Shown here: positions 62,170 to 64,000 of the stretch, piece by piece
How the letters are laid out: the number at the start of each line of letters is the position of its first letter
Position numbering within the stretch: the stretch's first letter is position 1
Source: an uncultured candidate division Zixibacteria bacterium
GTDB taxonomy: Bacteria > Zixibacteria > MSB-5A5 > UBA10806
DNA: 64,000 bases
NCBI GenBank assembly: GCA_963817915.1
Contig: CAWFQL010000009.1
Span: 224,001 to 288,000, forward strand
Reading direction: 5' to 3'
Notes under the pieces: generated by a model
Database searches by the model: none
Told to the model about the DNA's origin: nothing
The model's input: only the letters and a program-made list of their open reading frames with translations
Position numbers and translations under genes: made by a program

Positions 62170-62980
62170 TGGCCATCAGAATAAAGCCATAGGGGTTTTC
62201 GATTCGGGGATTGGCGGACTTACGGTCGCAGGCGAGATTTTTAAGATATTGCCGTATGAGGACGTAATTTATTTTGGCGATACGGGCCGTTCGCCGTACG
62301 GGCCCCGCTCCCCTGAAATAGTTCGCAAATTTTCGAGGCAAGACGTTAATTTCCTAATTGAAAAAAGCGTGAAATTTATCGTTGTTGCCTGCAATACCGC
62401 CAGCGCGGCAGCATTGGATTATATAAAGAAAATCTACAATATCCCAATGATAGGAGTGATCGAGCCGGGGGCGAAGGCCGCCATCAATACAGCCAAAAAC
62501 GGTAGGATCGGCGTAATTGGAACACAAGGCACGATTTCATCCCAAAGCTATATAAAAGCGTTAAGGGCTTTCGATGGCAATTTGAAGATATATTCCAAGG
62601 CCTGTCCCCTGTTTGTGGCGTTGGCAGAAGATGGCTATCAGGATAAACCTGCCACAAAGCTTATTGCAGAAGATTATCTGGCGGAGTTCAGGAGCAAAAA
62701 GATCGATTCGTTAATCCTGGGCTGTACCCATTACCCGCTACTCAAAAAAGCGATCGCTTCGGTAATCGGGGATAATGTACGTCTGATAGATTCGGCTGAA
62801 GTCACGGCGCAGGCAACCAAGGATGCGTTAACTAAGCTTAATCTTCTGAATACCAGGCAGACACCGGGCAAGCGAAAATTCTATGTCTCCGATTCGCCCG
62901 AGAAATTCAAGAAACTCGGACAGCTTTTCCTGGGAAAACGGATCGGCAAGGTTGAACTGGTAGATATCACGATCTATTGA
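62156..62980 (+). CDS. murI: Glutamate racemase
   Basis: GVFDSGIGGLTV, PYG, VACNTAS, LGCTHYP. Confidence 0.96.
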   Translation: MKNNNGHQNKAIGVFDSGIGGLTVAGEIFKILPYEDVIYFGDTGRSPYGPRSPEIVRKFSRQDVNFLIEKSVKFIVVACNTASAAALDYIKKIYNIPMIGVIEPGAKAAINTAKNGRIGVIGTQGTISSQSYIKALRAFDGNLKIYSKACPLFVALAEDGYQDKPATKLIAEDYLAEFRSKKIDSLILGCTHYPLLKKAIASVIGDNVRLIDSAEVTAQATKDALTKLNLLNTRQTPGKRKFYVSDSPEKFKKLGQLFLGKRIGKVELVDITIY

Positions 62981-63006
62981 GATTCTATTATTTCTTATCT
63001 TGGAAA

Positions 63007-63608
63007 ATGTCAAAACTTTTATTAGCTACAAACAATCTCCATAAGATCAAAGAGATTAAGGATATTCTCAAGGGGAGTTCAATTGAGATTCTTTCGGCCA
63101 AGGATTTTGAAGATTTTCCTGAGATTGATGAAAACGGCGAAACACTGGAGGAAAATGCCTCGATAAAAGCGAAGAGCAATATGGGAGACAATATCGTCTT
63201 CCATGTCTGGCTGACGACACCGGACTTGAGGTCGAGTATCTTGATGGCGCGCCAGGGGTCTATTCGGCTCGTTTCGCGGGGCCGAATTGCAGCTACGACG
63301 ACAATAATCGCAGGTTAATGTCGCTAATGGAGGGTGTGCCTGCTGAGAAGCGCAGCGCTCAATTCAGGTGCGTGATGGCATTGGCGGATACGAATGGCAG
63401 GATTTGGACAGCTGATGGGAAACTTGAGGGTTGGATTGGATTTGAGAAACGCGGCGATAACGGGTTTGGATATGATCCTATCTTCATGGTTACCGGAATG
63501 GACAAATCGTTGGCGGAATTGTCATTGGATGAGAAAAACAGGATTTCCCATCGAAGCCGGGCGTTGGAGAAGATAAGGCCGATAATACTCGAGGTCTTAA
63601 CGAAGTAA
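63007..63608 (+). CDS. rdgB: Non-canonical purine NTP pyrophosphatase (RdgB/HAM1), with indels at ~63170-63195
   Basis: LATNN.HK.KE, E.GETLEENA; the bridging frame reads ADDTGLEVEYLDGAPGVYSARFAG; GFGYDPIF, KNRISHR. Confidence 0.92.
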
Positions 63609-63619
63609 ATTAGTGGCAG

Positions 63620-63835
63620 GTCACGCCCGCCTGCGGCGGACTACGATCGGCATCCAGTGGCCGGTATATTTGCGAGTCAAGATGGAATCTGCAATACCAA
63701 GAAAAAAAAACATGCTCTGGATTCCGGCTCGGGGGCCGGAATGACAAGTTTTCTTAATAGAATTTCTATTGCGTGGCAGTCGTCACCGACTTCCCCGAAA
63801 GAAATCCAAGGGGCAGCTGCGGACAGCTGCCGCCC
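63620..63835. repeat. Family G element (GTCA...ATCCAG / CTGGATTCCGGC...GCCGGAATGAC, 63620..63745) and a family B doublet (63771..63835)
   Basis: Read directly from the sequence. Confidence 0.7.
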
Positions 63836-63909
63836 AGAATTATGAGACCTAAGATACATTTGATTCTTGACCGGCGAAAATTTTAGGATATATTAGGATT
63901 TTGGACGAA

Positions 63910-63983
63910 CGGGGTGTGGCGCAGCCCGGTAGCGCACTTGGTTTGGGACCAAGGTGTCGGAGGTTCAAATCCTCTCACCCCGA
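63910..63983 (+). tRNA. tRNA-Pro (anticodon TGG)
   Basis: CGGGGTG/CACCCCG stem, CTTGG-TTTGGGA-CCAAG anticodon arm, GTTCAAATC; TTGACC-N16-TATATT upstream. Confidence 0.95.
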
Positions 63984-64000
63984 TTTTGTTTAAAAATAAC

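Overview
A 64 kb, moderately AT-rich bacterial chromosomal segment. Type-I dockerin-tagged peptidases together with a Por/T9SS-like C-terminal tail suggest an FCB-superphylum lineage such as candidate division Zixibacteria (inference, not a database result). Housekeeping content: purF, fabL, rseP, dxr, cyclophilin, smpB, amidase, murI, rdgB and three tRNAs (Leu-CAA, Leu-CAG, Pro-TGG). Accessory content: (i) two sigma-54 NtrC-family regulators and several GAF/PAS kinases, some lacking output domains; (ii) methionine genes (YitJ-type HMT-MTHFR, an MtaA/UroD-family enzyme, fRMsr, split MetE); (iii) four secreted peptidases (M4/M36, C25, two M14), three with dockerins; (iv) an sqr-tusE-dsrE sulfur-relay operon; (v) a PEP-CTERM/exosortase/EpsI/TPR locus with a clear sigma-54 promoter; (vi) a REP-associated tyrosine transposase (RAYT) and at least seven families of short palindromic repeats, which stack in clusters and separate a run of small co-oriented genes at 33.8-37.1 kb. 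Several genes appear to be leaderless. At least seven conserved genes carry single-base indels that look like long-read assembly errors. No CRISPR array, rRNA, prophage or integrase was seen.
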